The notes: generated from the letters alone by a model not told the origin. 64,000 nucleotides of DNA from Gammaproteobacteria bacterium (GCA_965277715.1 OZ255836.1:3360001-3424000), one strand, 5' to 3'. Positions 32,631 to 43,527 are shown, counted from the stretch's first letter. Made by a program: numbers and translations.

Positions 32631-32951
32631 TTGAACCAGGTTTTTATCAACCTGGTTCAAAATGCTATTCATGCTGTAGAGCATCGGGAACAGGGAGAGG
32701 TCTGTATTACTACTGAGTTGATAGGCGATGAGGTGAGTATTTGCATCCGGGATAACGGGTGTGGCATTGCCGAGGATAAGCTAAGCGATATTTTTAACCT
32801 CTTTTTTACCACCAAAACAGTGGGGAAGGGGGCAGGTCTGGGGCTATCGTTGAGCCACGGCATTGTCGAAAAACACAGAGATCGTATTCAGGTGGATACC
32901 TGTGTGGGGGAGTTTACCGCTGCTGAAAGCTGCTGCCTAATCAGAAGTTAG
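32631..32951 (+). pseudogene. isolated HATPase_c fragment of a histidine kinase
   Basis: NQVFINLVQNA, DNGCG, FFTTK, GAGLGL; no sensor or HisKA domain upstream. Confidence 0.7.
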
Positions 32952-33522
32952 GTAACGCGTTACGTGCTTGTGTACGAAATGATTTTGACATCTTTGCATC
33001 CGGTATTGAGTTGGCAATCTGGTCGATTGTTTCGCTGATAGTCAGTTGCTGGCTGAGTATATCCTGCACCACGATATCGGCGACCATACCGATATACTCC
33101 CGCGCTATATTGCTAAGGACCCGCAACAAATCCGGGTCTATTCCATCAGGCGTTTGTGCCGGTATGGGTTTCGGTGCCAGTTTCGGTGACGCATCCGGCG
33201 CTACGGGTGTTTCACTCCACGCATTGATCGATTGGCCAATGGCCTGGAGAAATGTGCCGATGGGGATAATTTCCGGCAGATCTTCGGCGGGTGCCGCAGC
33301 ATAGTTAAATTTGAGCGTGGTGGATTCAAGTAATACCTGAATTGCATCCATTATATCTTTACTTCTGCAGCGTGACTGAATCAACCGGCCACCCGAGAAA
33401 CGCAGTAAAACCGAGCGCTGAGTATTGGTCAAGATGGTCAGAAAACCGTCTTCACGCTGTTGTGCGATACGTTTGATGCGTTCAATTAATTGTTGCTTGG
33501 GTACGAATTCACCGGCAGCCAT
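32941..33522 (-). CDS. hypothetical protein, possible DUF4388/PatA-N-like N-terminal domain
   Basis: N-terminal GFLTI..LRFSGGRL pattern, Pro-rich linker, helical C-terminus. Confidence 0.55.
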   Translation of the reverse strand: MAAGEFVPKQQLIERIKRIAQQREDGFLTILTNTQRSVLLRFSGGRLIQSRCRSKDIMDAIQVLLESTTLKFNYAAAPAEDLPEIIPIGTFLQAIGQSINAWSETPVAPDASPKLAPKPIPAQTPDGIDPDLLRVLSNIAREYIGMVADIVVQDILSQQLTISETIDQIANSIPDAKMSKSFRTQARNALPNF

Positions 33523-33834
33523 GATGCTATAACTCTTTGAATTGACAGGCTAAATTTTGACGGCCTATCAAGTGAAGGCGTTTTTTCACCGCCATTTGTA
33601 ATTAAGTTTGCCAAATTGCCAGCAGGCGGTACAAGCGCCGCCTGGGTAGGTAGCGCAGTGTTGTGCTGTCTCAATAGGGCGTATACAGATACTACATAGT
33701 AGGATGCAAGAAGCATAGAGGTGCTTGCTAAAACAGGCACAAATTAGTCATCCAGGCCTTGTACAATGGCATAAACACTCCCTACTGTAGTACAGTAGTA
33801 CATTATCCGGGAATATGCCACCGGGACATTAAAA

Positions 33835-34917
33835 TTGGGGGTGTGTGTGTTATTTATTCGTTTTTTTATTGCGTTATTGTTAGTCAGCCTGGTGCCCGTA
33901 TCAGTGAACATTTATCAGCTTTGGCAATCCCAGTTTACCACCAAGGAAAAAGTGGATAGGGCGCTGATCTCGGCGGCGGAGCTTATTGTCGCTGATGTTA
34001 ATAACTGGGTGGAACTCAATCTAAGGTCTTCAACGCTTATTGCTAAGACCAAAGAAATACAGTCGATGGATCCTGCGCTGCAGGTGCCCATTCTCAAGGC
34101 CACAGATGATACGTTTGAATGGTCGTACACCGCATTTACAACTGACCTGGATGGTAATGCGGTTGCCAGAAGCGACGGTAAACCATTGAAGTTTTACGGT
34201 GACAGGGAATATGTCCGCGCTATTTTAGGCGGCGGCAAGGTAGGGCAGCAGGTATTGATCAGCCGTGTCAACGGCAAACCGGCCCTGTGCTTATCGGTGC
34301 CAATAACCCGACGGTCTCAGCTTGTGGGTACGCTGGTTCAATGTTCAAAACTGGTGAATATTGCAGAGAATGTGGCGGCGGTGCGTATTGGTAAAACCGG
34401 GCTGGCTCGCTTGACAGACAGCAAAAATCGCTTGATTGCACACGGTGACGCCAGCCAGCTTACAGAGAACCTGAAGGACCTGACCACTGACCCTATCACG
34501 GTGCTAGGTGTCGGCCCGGTTCCGGTTTTTTCAACAGTGGATGGCAGGCAGGTGGTGAGTTACAGCATTGTCACTACATTGGGTTGGCGACTGACCGTGA
34601 CGCAAGACTATGATGACGCCTATGCGGCGCTGGCGGCCTTAAAGCGGGATGCGTTGATTGCGGGCGGGGTTTTGATTTTAGGTATTTTTCTGTTGGCGTA
34701 TCTGTTGGGCAATAATATTAGTAAGCCCATTAGAAAATTGTCTTCTGTTGCAGAGGCCTACAGTAAAGGTAAGCTGGATCTCGATATTCCCGGCACCCGG
34801 CGGCGTGATGAAATTGGGGATTTGGCCCGGTCAATTGAGCGTTTGGGGCTGGGTTTGAAGGTTATTGTCAGGCGTTATAATGATGTTGCCAAGAAGGCTA
34901 AGAGTCAGGCGCGGTAG
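33835..34917 (+). CDS. membrane sensor with Cache and HAMP domains, no output domain
   Basis: TM, YGDREY..ISRVNGKP Cache-like segment, TM, PIRKLS...RRDEIGDLARSIERL HAMP, then ends. Confidence 0.8.
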   Translation: MGVCVLFIRFFIALLLVSLVPVSVNIYQLWQSQFTTKEKVDRALISAAELIVADVNNWVELNLRSSTLIAKTKEIQSMDPALQVPILKATDDTFEWSYTAFTTDLDGNAVARSDGKPLKFYGDREYVRAILGGGKVGQQVLISRVNGKPALCLSVPITRRSQLVGTLVQCSKLVNIAENVAAVRIGKTGLARLTDSKNRLIAHGDASQLTENLKDLTTDPITVLGVGPVPVFSTVDGRQVVSYSIVTTLGWRLTVTQDYDDAYAALAALKRDALIAGGVLILGIFLLAYLLGNNISKPIRKLSSVAEAYSKGKLDLDIPGTRRRDEIGDLARSIERLGLGLKVIVRRYNDVAKKAKSQAR

Positions 34918-35134
34918 CATAGCAGAGGTGGTTGGAGGTGCGATTTATCGCATCTCTACATTCGTGATGTTTAAACCCAGTGCGCTTTAGATGAATGTTT
35001 TTATCAGCATTTTCTATGCGCACTGCAAGTGACACTTAACCAGGCTCAAATATCACCTTGACTAGGAGCCTGGGCTTCTTTAGGTCTGCAAATAAGTGTG
35101 GTATAGGCGTTCAGAGTACCTTGCTAATCAATAT

Positions 35135-35198
35135 AGTCGTCGGCAACTGCTCCTGCGTTGCTCTATCTCCAATGTATCCATACAGTCGTCGGCAACTG
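35135..35198 (+). repeat. 49-bp intergenic repeat unit with partial tandem copies
   Basis: Unit 35141-35189 preceded by AGTCGT and followed by CGGCAACTG. Confidence 0.6.
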
Positions 35199-35285
35199 TT
35201 TCTGTGGAAAACAGGCCGACGCTAATTACTGATAGCTGATGCATGAGATTGTGCCCCGGATGTATTGTCTGCTCTATTGTCCTTT

Positions 35286-37646
35286 TCAGGATCGTACCCG
35301 GGTTTTTTCAGGGTCATAAAACGGGAACGCAATAACCTTTGCCGGTAAACGCTTCTGGTGGCCATCGAGTTTGCCCACCTCTACCTCGGTGCCAATCGCT
35401 GCGTATTCAACGGCCATGCGGCACAGGGCAATGTTCTTTTTCAAAACAGGCGAGCGCACACCACTGGTTACTATGCCCACTTGATTGCGCCCGACATGCA
35501 CACAGTCACCGTGGGCAGCCAGTTCTTCACCGTTTAGCTGTAAGCCCACCAATACCCGCTGTGGGTGGGCTTTGCGCTTTAACAGTGCCTCGCGACCAAT
35601 AAAATCCTCTTCTTTGGTTTTCAACGGCACAGTAAAGGGAATGCCTGCCTCAAACGGATCGGTCTGGTCATCGAACTCGTAACCGGCAAAGATTAACCCG
35701 GCTTCGATGCGCAGCATGTCGAGCGCTTCCAGGCCCAGCGGGGTCAGTCCGTACGGCTGACCTGCCCGCCAGATAGTGTCCCATACGGCGGGGGCATCTT
35801 TGGGGTGGCAGAATACTTCATAGCCCAGTTCACCCGTGTAACCCGTGCGTGAAACGATCAGTGGAATGCCGTGTTCGTCACCGATGCGGGCAATCGAAAA
35901 ACGAAACCACTGTAGCTCTTCTACCGTTGCCTGATCGGGGCGTGTCCAGATAATGTCTTTTAAGATGGCACGGCTGTTCGGCCCCTGGATTTGTAGATTG
36001 TGCAGTTGGTCAGTCGAGTTGCGTACCCATACCTGTAGGCCCAGCGCTTTGGCCTGTTCGCGTAGCCAGATACCGCTCTCGTCGCAGCCGCCGATCCAGC
36101 GAAAGTTATCCTGCCCCAAACGAAACACAGTGCCGTCATCGATCATGCCGCCCGTGTCATAGCACATGGCGGTGTACACCACCTGGCCAACGGCCAGTCG
36201 GCGGATATTGCGCGTTACGCAGGTCTGCATCAGCGTTTCTGCATCGGGGCCGAGCACTTCGTATTTACGCAACGGGGATAAATCAATTGCCACGGCCTTT
36301 TCGCGGCAGGCCCAGTATTCATCGATGGCACCGTGCTGGGTGTAGCTGTTGGCCAGCCAATAGCCCGCGTATTCGGTAAAATTGCGGGTGTGCCCGGCGG
36401 TGCGTGCGTGGAATCCCGTTTGTTTGGTCATTTGTGTGTCTGCATCAGTGGTCATTCTGTAGGCTACCGCTCTTTTAAAGGTTTCTTTTGCTGGGTAAAT
36501 GCGCAAGTGAATATCGGTTGGGTTCCAGCCGTTGGCCGGGTCTATATCACACGCGCAGGCCGAGGAGACGCATACCATGTCCTTCAGTGCGCGGAATAAA
36601 ACATAGTCGCCTGGCCGTGACCACGGTTGATCAAAAAGCAGTTGGTTGCTGGCGTCGATGGCGGTGTTAAAAAATAGATTAATCGCCATCCACCCCGGCC
36701 GGGCAGCGACACCAAAGGGCGCCAGTGCGGCGTTAAAATTATCCGAACAGTTGGCGTGCCCAGGGTAGCCGAGGTTGTCGTAATACTTGGATGTACAGGC
36801 GGGGCCGTAGCTGTCGTGACGACCGCAGGTATCCTGAATCACCTCGACCACTGGCTCGAAGTCCTGGTCGTAAAACTTGGCGTGCAGGCCGGGTGTTGGG
36901 TAGGCGGCGCCGACCATGTGGCGGGTGCTGGTGGCATCCAGGCTGCGCTCGATGCCGCATTCGAGTTTACGGGTATCAAAGCATTGAAAGTCAGAACATT
37001 CGCGGCCCTGCACGTCGATTATCTGGATGTATTCCCCCGCTTTGACTTCGTAGGCAAAGGCGGTGCTTGCCGCGATGCGTACATCGACGCGTGGATCTGC
37101 TAGTGGCTCTGGCAGCACAATCAATTCACCGGCTTTATCGGGGTTGGCGCGGTGTATAAATAAGGTCAAATCACTTGGGGTGTTTTGTGCGTCAACCTGC
37201 ATAGGGCCGCCTGGCGCGGCGACAATGCAGGTGCCATCGTATTCTGCGGTAAATGATTCGCTGGCACCGGCGACGGCCTGTTCATCAAAAAAGCGCAGGC
37301 CCTTTGCTGAGGTGACATCGATACCGTACCGCTGTAGTTTGGCGTTGACGCCGAGCGTATCGCTATCACTTGCAGACAGTGCCTGAACAATACCCTGGCT
37401 GATACTCTGGGTGCGGCCAATGGTGGGGTTACCCAGCATACCGGGGTGGTTAACACCCTCTGCCGAGAATGTGGCGATCTCACAAGGTTGCAAGCCCTCT
37501 GGGTTGACGACGGTTATTTGGTCGTCTGCCTGCAATGACACAATGGTCACGCCACCAGCGCGCACCACATAGCGCTCCACGCCGGGCGGCAGGCTGCCAA
37601 GCCCCGGCTCAAGGACGCGGTTTGTTGTAATTTGGGAAGCGATCAT
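35286..37646 (-). CDS. tdm: DUF1989 + GcvT aminomethyltransferase, TMAO demethylase-like
   Basis: 786 aa; N-terminal DVQGRECSDF, HDSYGPAC, NCSDN, SSAC; C-terminal GcvT (SRTGYTGELGYE, LRIEAG). Confidence 0.78.
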   Translation of the reverse strand: MIASQITTNRVLEPGLGSLPPGVERYVVRAGGVTIVSLQADDQITVVNPEGLQPCEIATFSAEGVNHPGMLGNPTIGRTQSISQGIVQALSASDSDTLGVNAKLQRYGIDVTSAKGLRFFDEQAVAGASESFTAEYDGTCIVAAPGGPMQVDAQNTPSDLTLFIHRANPDKAGELIVLPEPLADPRVDVRIAASTAFAYEVKAGEYIQIIDVQGRECSDFQCFDTRKLECGIERSLDATSTRHMVGAAYPTPGLHAKFYDQDFEPVVEVIQDTCGRHDSYGPACTSKYYDNLGYPGHANCSDNFNAALAPFGVAARPGWMAINLFFNTAIDASNQLLFDQPWSRPGDYVLFRALKDMVCVSSACACDIDPANGWNPTDIHLRIYPAKETFKRAVAYRMTTDADTQMTKQTGFHARTAGHTRNFTEYAGYWLANSYTQHGAIDEYWACREKAVAIDLSPLRKYEVLGPDAETLMQTCVTRNIRRLAVGQVVYTAMCYDTGGMIDDGTVFRLGQDNFRWIGGCDESGIWLREQAKALGLQVWVRNSTDQLHNLQIQGPNSRAILKDIIWTRPDQATVEELQWFRFSIARIGDEHGIPLIVSRTGYTGELGYEVFCHPKDAPAVWDTIWRAGQPYGLTPLGLEALDMLRIEAGLIFAGYEFDDQTDPFEAGIPFTVPLKTKEEDFIGREALLKRKAHPQRVLVGLQLNGEELAAHGDCVHVGRNQVGIVTSGVRSPVLKKNIALCRMAVEYAAIGTEVEVGKLDGHQKRLPAKVIAFPFYDPEKTRVRS

Positions 37647-37727
37647 TGGATTGTTTAAGCCCTGGACAGATAGATGGAGGTGACTGGTTTGGGTTTCACG
37701 CAGGCATTGGCGGCTATACCTCTTCGC

Positions 37728-38453
37728 TTATTGTGCCTCAGCACCAAGCAAATGTGCCCGTGCCTTTTCCAGGTGGGCGTTGATCGAGGCCAGCGCCGCT
37801 TCCATATCGCGTGATTTGATTGCCTCAAACAGATCCCGGTGTTGCCTATTGTAACGTTCAATGCGCGGGTGGTTGAGCACTTTGTCCTTGACCGTTGACC
37901 ACTGGCTGTGATTGCGAATGTCGTTGAGCTGTTGATACAACCATTTCATTAAGGGGTTTTGTGTGCAATCGGCCAGCGCCAGGTGGAAGGCGCTATCGGC
38001 CTCGCCAAATGACTGTGGGTCGTCGCTGGTGTCTTCTACGCGCCGCAGTGCGGCTTCTAGCCTGTCCAGATCATGGGCATTGGCATTGCTGACCGCCAGG
38101 CGCACAATTTGTGACTCTATCCCCAGGCGTACATCGATCAGCTCTACCGGGCTGGTCGCCCGGGCGATATTGCTCTCGACACTATCACCCTGAAAACTGA
38201 CAAAAGTACCACTGCCAACCTTGCGGTTTACCAAACCGAGGGCTTCCAGGTGCTTAAGTGCCTCGCGCACGGTACCGCGGGATGTGTTGTATTGCCCAGC
38301 GAGGTTGCGCTCCGCCGGCAATCGCTCGTGCAAACGATAGACGCCGCTGTGAATAGCGTTGTGCAGTTCACTGATGAGACGTGCTGCGCTACCAGAGCCG
38401 ACAGGCTGGTAGCTGCGTCTGGTGTCTTGTAGTACTGCACCGGCAAGGGCCAT
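37728..38453 (-). CDS. GntR/FadR-family regulator
   Basis: RLPAERNLA...SRGTVREAL wHTH, FCD domain. Confidence 0.92.
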   Translation of the reverse strand: MALAGAVLQDTRRSYQPVGSGSAARLISELHNAIHSGVYRLHERLPAERNLAGQYNTSRGTVREALKHLEALGLVNRKVGSGTFVSFQGDSVESNIARATSPVELIDVRLGIESQIVRLAVSNANAHDLDRLEAALRRVEDTSDDPQSFGEADSAFHLALADCTQNPLMKWLYQQLNDIRNHSQWSTVKDKVLNHPRIERYNRQHRDLFEAIKSRDMEAALASINAHLEKARAHLLGAEAQ

Positions 38454-38742
38454 AACATTATTTCAATTTGGTATAAATTGGTTTTAAATATACACTGCAA
38501 CTTTTTTCCTGTCCAATTTTTTTACGCGTACATTTTTTGCAAATTTAGATAACTAACTGATTGTTATATTAAATAATTAAAAATTTAATTGATATCTGCT
38601 ATTGATAGTGTAAGGGTTGTGGCCAATTTTATTGGTCTATATGGTTTTTTTTGGTTTACTGTGGTACAAAGCATGGGTATGGAGGCAGTGCGCTGTCGCC
38701 ACCCTATTCAAAAGCAAGAATTATACTCCTGGAGGTTTATAT

Positions 38743-40212
38743 ATGACTGATTTACAAGCTCACGTCGAGGCGCCTGGTCGTGCCGACCTGGTTAAACAGG
38801 TCGCTGAAAAGATAAAAGAAACCGGTGTCGATTATATCTATTACCAGTTTGTCTCGGTCACTGGCCGTATCGTCGGTAAGGGTATCCCCGCCGCACACTG
38901 GGAGCGCCTGGCGGAGAAAGGGTTTCAGCTGGTTTACGGCTCAACCGCAAACCTGTTTATCGACCGCCACGGCGATTACATTGGCTATGGCCCTGAGGCG
39001 TCTGAACTGGTCGGTATCCCAGATCCGGAAACCTTTGTCCAGTTGCCCTGGGACAAACGCATTGGCCGTGTATTCTGTACCCTGTTTCGCAACCGTGAAG
39101 AGCGTGAAAACCCAGGTGGTGCGCTGACCTCCGACTGCCGGGGTAACCTGCGCCGTATTCACAACGATTTTCAGGCCAAGCATGGTCTCGATATGCGTTG
39201 TGGTACCGAACCGGAAATGATGTGGCTGAAACGTGGCGCCGATGGCAAACCCGACGGTGGTGTCACCAAGCCAAACTGCTACCACATCGATCAGTTTGAA
39301 GAGTTGCGCCCCACCTTTATGAAAGTGATCGAATATTCCCAGCAAATGGGCCTCGATATTATTCAAGGCGACCACGAAGACGCCCCCGGTCAGCTTGAGC
39401 TGAACACCCAGTTTGATGATGTGCTGCGCAACGCAGACAGACTCACCACCTACCGCCAGATTTGTGCACAAGTGGCGCGTGAAGACGGCCTGATTGCCTG
39501 CTTTATGTCCAAGCCATTTATGGGTGTCTCGGCCTCTGGCTGTCACCACAACATGTCTTTGTGGCGTGGCGGTGAGGATGTGGTGAATAGATTGGGCATG
39601 GATTCTCTGCCGGGTATGGACGGTGCATTCAGCTACCGGGTAGGGGGTGAAAACACCTTTATGCCTGATCCCGCCATCGACGCCCGTGCGCCAGGCCCCA
39701 TTGGTCTGCAATCGATTGGTGGCGTTATCAAACACCTGGGTGCACTCACCTCGATTGGTTCATCCACGGTTAACTCCTATCGCCGACTGTGGGACACCGG
39801 TTTCTGGGCGCCGATTTTTGCCGACTGGGGCTACCAGAACCGCACGTGTGCGCTGCGCGTTTCGGCACCGGGGCGTTTTGAGTACCGCTCGGTGGATTCA
39901 ATGGTCAACCCCTACCTGATGGGCGCTGCGCTATTGAAATCGTTTGACGATGGTATCGACAACAACCTCGACCCCGGTGAGGCGGAGGAGCGCAACATCT
40001 ACGCGGCGATGGATGCGGGCAAGCAGGTGAAAAAACTGCCGATGTCCCTGGGTGAGGCGCTTGAAGAGCTGCGTAACGATGAAGTGGTTAAATCCTCAAT
40101 GCCGGGTGAGATGTACAAAGTGTACGAACACTACAAACGGGATGAGTGGGAGAAATACAACGCCACCGTCACCGATTGGGATATGGAAATGTACATGGAT
40201 TGCCTGCCATAG
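38743..40212 (+). CDS. glutamine synthetase-like gamma-glutamylamide ligase
   Basis: GTEPE, DHEDAPGQLE, SGCHHN, NSYRRL, NRTCALR, EYRSVD; GGAGG RBS; first gene before the glxBCD-like genes. Confidence 0.85.
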   Translation: MTDLQAHVEAPGRADLVKQVAEKIKETGVDYIYYQFVSVTGRIVGKGIPAAHWERLAEKGFQLVYGSTANLFIDRHGDYIGYGPEASELVGIPDPETFVQLPWDKRIGRVFCTLFRNREERENPGGALTSDCRGNLRRIHNDFQAKHGLDMRCGTEPEMMWLKRGADGKPDGGVTKPNCYHIDQFEELRPTFMKVIEYSQQMGLDIIQGDHEDAPGQLELNTQFDDVLRNADRLTTYRQICAQVAREDGLIACFMSKPFMGVSASGCHHNMSLWRGGEDVVNRLGMDSLPGMDGAFSYRVGGENTFMPDPAIDARAPGPIGLQSIGGVIKHLGALTSIGSSTVNSYRRLWDTGFWAPIFADWGYQNRTCALRVSAPGRFEYRSVDSMVNPYLMGAALLKSFDDGIDNNLDPGEAEERNIYAAMDAGKQVKKLPMSLGEALEELRNDEVVKSSMPGEMYKVYEHYKRDEWEKYNATVTDWDMEMYMDCLP

Positions 40213-40384
40213 GTGGTTCATAGGTAACAGAGCAGGAGCGCACCCACGTGTGCACTCTGGTCAGGGTAGACGCCAATAAAATTAAGTGTAAAAAACGTAG
40301 GGCAGGTAGAAAGCCTGCCCTCGCTGGTGTGCCGGTGCGTTATACACCGGCTAACTCCATTTTCTTTGAGTAAGGGGAAATATT

Positions 40385-41329
40385 ATGTGTGGTATTGCTG
40401 GACTTATCTGGAAAGGTGGGAGCAGCAGCAACATCGGTGGTGAAATGACCCAAATGCTTCAGGCACTGAAGCACCGTGGGCCGGATTCGACCGGTTTTGC
40501 GCTCTATGGAAAACCCGACGCAGACGCAGACGTTCACGTTATGCGTTTTAAAGTCGCCGAGCAGGAAGACCTGCGCACCGGCTTTGATATTCATCAACAA
40601 ATCAAAGACCGCAAAGGTGTCGTCGATGCACGCCTGGCCGATATGGGCGCTGAGGTCACGCAACGTGAAGAAGCCACCGAATACGCCTATCGCTACCATT
40701 TTAAATTTGGTGGTGATTTGAAACGGCTGATCGATTTTATCGAAGACATTGACGGTGCGGAAATTCTGTCTGTTGGTAAAGGTCTGGAACTGGTCAAAGA
40801 CCTTGGCGACGCCGCTGTGGTGTCTGAACAGTATGGGCTGGGTAACTTCGAGGGCACGCACGCCATTGGGCACACCCGTATGGCCACCGAGTCGGATGTC
40901 GATATCCGCTCGGCGCATCCCTACTGGGCCTACCCATTTAACGACGTATCTGTTGTGCACAACGGCCAGTTGACCAACTACTGGAGCTTCCGCCGCGACC
41001 TCGAACGCCGGGGGCATCGCTTCATGTCTAATTGCGACTCTGAGCTGATCGCCGTGTATATCGCTGACCGCATGGACCGTGGTGAAGACCTCGAGGAATC
41101 GATGCGCCGCTCGGTGGAAGAGCTGGACGGTGTTTTCACCTATCTGGTCGCCACCAGTGACAAGCTCGGCATGGCCAAAGACGTTATGTCTGCCAAGCCG
41201 ATGGTGTTGTACGAAAGTGATGAATTTGTTGGCCTGGCTTCTGAAGAAGTGGCTATCCGTAGTATTTTCCCGCGTGAAATCGATACGTGGGACCCGTATC
41301 AAGGGGAGGTAAAAGTATGGGCAGCGTAA
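40385..41329 (+). CDS. class II glutamine amidotransferase (MgsA/GlxB-like)
   Basis: MCGIAG, HRGPDS, GHTRMATES, HNG, DSE. Confidence 0.88.
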   Translation: MCGIAGLIWKGGSSSNIGGEMTQMLQALKHRGPDSTGFALYGKPDADADVHVMRFKVAEQEDLRTGFDIHQQIKDRKGVVDARLADMGAEVTQREEATEYAYRYHFKFGGDLKRLIDFIEDIDGAEILSVGKGLELVKDLGDAAVVSEQYGLGNFEGTHAIGHTRMATESDVDIRSAHPYWAYPFNDVSVVHNGQLTNYWSFRRDLERRGHRFMSNCDSELIAVYIADRMDRGEDLEESMRRSVEELDGVFTYLVATSDKLGMAKDVMSAKPMVLYESDEFVGLASEEVAIRSIFPREIDTWDPYQGEVKVWAA

Positions 41330-42153
41330 GTAAATCGCACGATCTGGGGCTGCACGAAGAACAACTCGCCGGGCGTACCCAGCAGCGTTTTTTCTCGGCC
41401 TCAGAAGAGGAAAACTTCACCTATCCGTGGTCGTATGAAGTCGACTATGCCAAACAGGCGGCATTTGACGCGGCGGATATGAAAATTGACGACATCAACC
41501 TGAAAATCCGCGACCTGATGAAAGCGGGCCACGGCACCATTACCGTGCAGAACCCGCGTGCCAAACACTCCCTGGGGGTCGGCATTCTCAACCGCCTCGA
41601 CCTGCGCTTTGAAGGCAGCCTGGGCTATTTTGGCTGTGGCCTTGTCGATGGCCCGAACATCAGCATCTCTGGCCGGGTCGGTTGGTCTTGTGCAGAAAAC
41701 ATGATGGCTGGCACCGTCGTCATCGAAAAAAATGCCGGTTCTCTATTTGGCGCGGCGATTCGCGGCGGTGATCTGGTGTGTAAAGGCCAGGCGGGTGCGC
41801 GTGTCGGCATCGACCAGAAGGGCGGTACGATTATCGTCGGGGGCAGTGTCGGCGCCTTCACCGGCTTTATGATGCAGCGCGGGCGCATGATCATCCTCGG
41901 CGACGCGGGTGACAACCTCGGTGACTCGATGTACGACGGCACCATCTACGTGGCAGGTAAAATCGCCAGTTTGGGCGTTGACTGTGTCGAGGCCGAATTG
42001 ACCGACCTCGACAAAAAATACATCGCGGCGAAGCTTGAGCAATACGGTATGCAGGCACCCAACGGTATCGACAATATCGTCAAGCACGTTTCCGGCAAAC
42101 AGCTGTGGAACTACGACAACCTCGAACCCAATGAAAAGAAACTGGTGCTTTAG
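41317..42153 (+). CDS. GXGXG-domain protein (MgsB/GlxC-like)
   Basis: Repeated Gly-rich beta-helix motifs (AENMMAG, GDSMYDG). Confidence 0.88.
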   Translation: MGSVSKSHDLGLHEEQLAGRTQQRFFSASEEENFTYPWSYEVDYAKQAAFDAADMKIDDINLKIRDLMKAGHGTITVQNPRAKHSLGVGILNRLDLRFEGSLGYFGCGLVDGPNISISGRVGWSCAENMMAGTVVIEKNAGSLFGAAIRGGDLVCKGQAGARVGIDQKGGTIIVGGSVGAFTGFMMQRGRMIILGDAGDNLGDSMYDGTIYVAGKIASLGVDCVEAELTDLDKKYIAAKLEQYGMQAPNGIDNIVKHVSGKQLWNYDNLEPNEKKLVL

Positions 42154-42168
42154 TTTCCGGAGAATGAC

Positions 42169-43515
42169 ATGTCTGTAAATACACCAAAACGCGATACCAA
42201 CCGGCTTGGCAACAGCTTTATCTTCCCGCCGGAGGTAATGGACGATATCCACGTTAAGGCCGAGCTGGGCCGCTACCGTATGCGTGGTTTTTCACTGTTC
42301 AAAAAAATCCCCACCTGGGACGACCTGACCTTTATGCCAGGCACCCTGACCCGCTTCGTGATTGAGGGTTACCGGGAAAAGTGCCTAACCAAAACGGTCA
42401 TTGGCCCCAATGCCAAACAACCGCTCGAACTGGATATCCCCGTCTACATCACCGGCATGAGCTTCGGTGCGCTGAGCTATGAAGCGAAAACCGCGCTGGC
42501 GCGTGGTGCGACAATGGCCGGTACCGCCACCTGCTCGGGTGAGGGCGGGATGATCCCCGATGAGCGTCGCTACTCATCGAAATGGTTCTACCAGTGTATC
42601 CAGTCCCGCTATGGCTTTAATCCCAACCACCTGCGTTTGGCTGATGCGGTTGAATTCTTTATCGGCCAGGGGTGTAAAGTCGGCCTCGGTGGCCACCTGA
42701 TGGGTCAAAAAGTCACCGACCAGGTAGCCGAAATGCGCTCTCTGCCTGCGGGTATCGACCAACGCTCACCGGCACGCCACCCAGACTGGATGGGGCCAGA
42801 TGACCTGGCACTGAAAATCCAGGAAATCCGCCAGGCGACCGATGGGCAAATCCCGATTCAGCTAAAGCTGGGTGCGGCGCGTGTCTACGATGACGTGCGT
42901 ATGGCCGCCAAAACCGGCCCCGATTCCATCTATATCGATGGCATGGAAGGCGGCACCGGTGCTGGCCCTCACCTGGCGACAGAAGATACCGGCGTACCCG
43001 GCATTGCGGCGATTCGCCAGGCGCGTCAGGCGCTGGACGATGTCGGCATGTCCGGTGAAATCACGCTGATCTATGCGGGCGGCATCCGCAACGGTGCCGA
43101 CGTGGCCAAGGCCATTGCCCTGGGCGCAGACGCGGTGGCCATTGGTCACTCGGCACTGATCGCGCTAAACTGCAACAAAGCCATCCCCGAAGCGGATTTT
43201 GAAAAAGAAATGGGTGTTGAAGCGGGCTATTGCTACCACTGCCACACAGGCCGTTGCCCGGTTGGCGTTGCCACCCAGGATGTCGAATTGCGCAAGCGCC
43301 TCGACCCGGATGCCGCCGCTGAGCGGGTGTACAACTTCCTGCACACGCTGACCATGGAGGCGCAACTATTTGCTCGCGCCTGTGGTAAAACCAACATCCA
43401 CTCGCTGGAACCTGAAGACCTGGCCGCACTGACCATGGAAGCCTCGGCTTGCGCGCAAGTGCCCATGGCGGGTTCTCAACACACCGTCGGTCGCCCCGAC
43501 ATGACACGTTTCTGA
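42169..43515 (+). CDS. FMN-binding glutamate synthase family protein (MgsC/GlxD-like)
   Basis: GMSFGALS, GEGG, GQGCKVGLGGHL, DGMEGGTGA, CYHCHTGRCPVGVATQD. Confidence 0.9.
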   Translation: MSVNTPKRDTNRLGNSFIFPPEVMDDIHVKAELGRYRMRGFSLFKKIPTWDDLTFMPGTLTRFVIEGYREKCLTKTVIGPNAKQPLELDIPVYITGMSFGALSYEAKTALARGATMAGTATCSGEGGMIPDERRYSSKWFYQCIQSRYGFNPNHLRLADAVEFFIGQGCKVGLGGHLMGQKVTDQVAEMRSLPAGIDQRSPARHPDWMGPDDLALKIQEIRQATDGQIPIQLKLGAARVYDDVRMAAKTGPDSIYIDGMEGGTGAGPHLATEDTGVPGIAAIRQARQALDDVGMSGEITLIYAGGIRNGADVAKAIALGADAVAIGHSALIALNCNKAIPEADFEKEMGVEAGYCYHCHTGRCPVGVATQDVELRKRLDPDAAAERVYNFLHTLTMEAQLFARACGKTNIHSLEPEDLAALTMEASACAQVPMAGSQHTVGRPDMTRF

Positions 43516-43527
43516 GGAGGCATTGAA

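Noticed and set aside
38460-38665. GntR operator (TTGGT repeats, GGCCAAT-TTT-ATTGGTC)
   Set aside because: Plausible location but too degenerate to call in AT-rich DNA
38941-41302. Long minus-strand ORFs (264 aa and 320 aa)
   Set aside because: Antisense shadows of the GS-like and GATase genes; the same applies to 24563-25354 and 30096-30893
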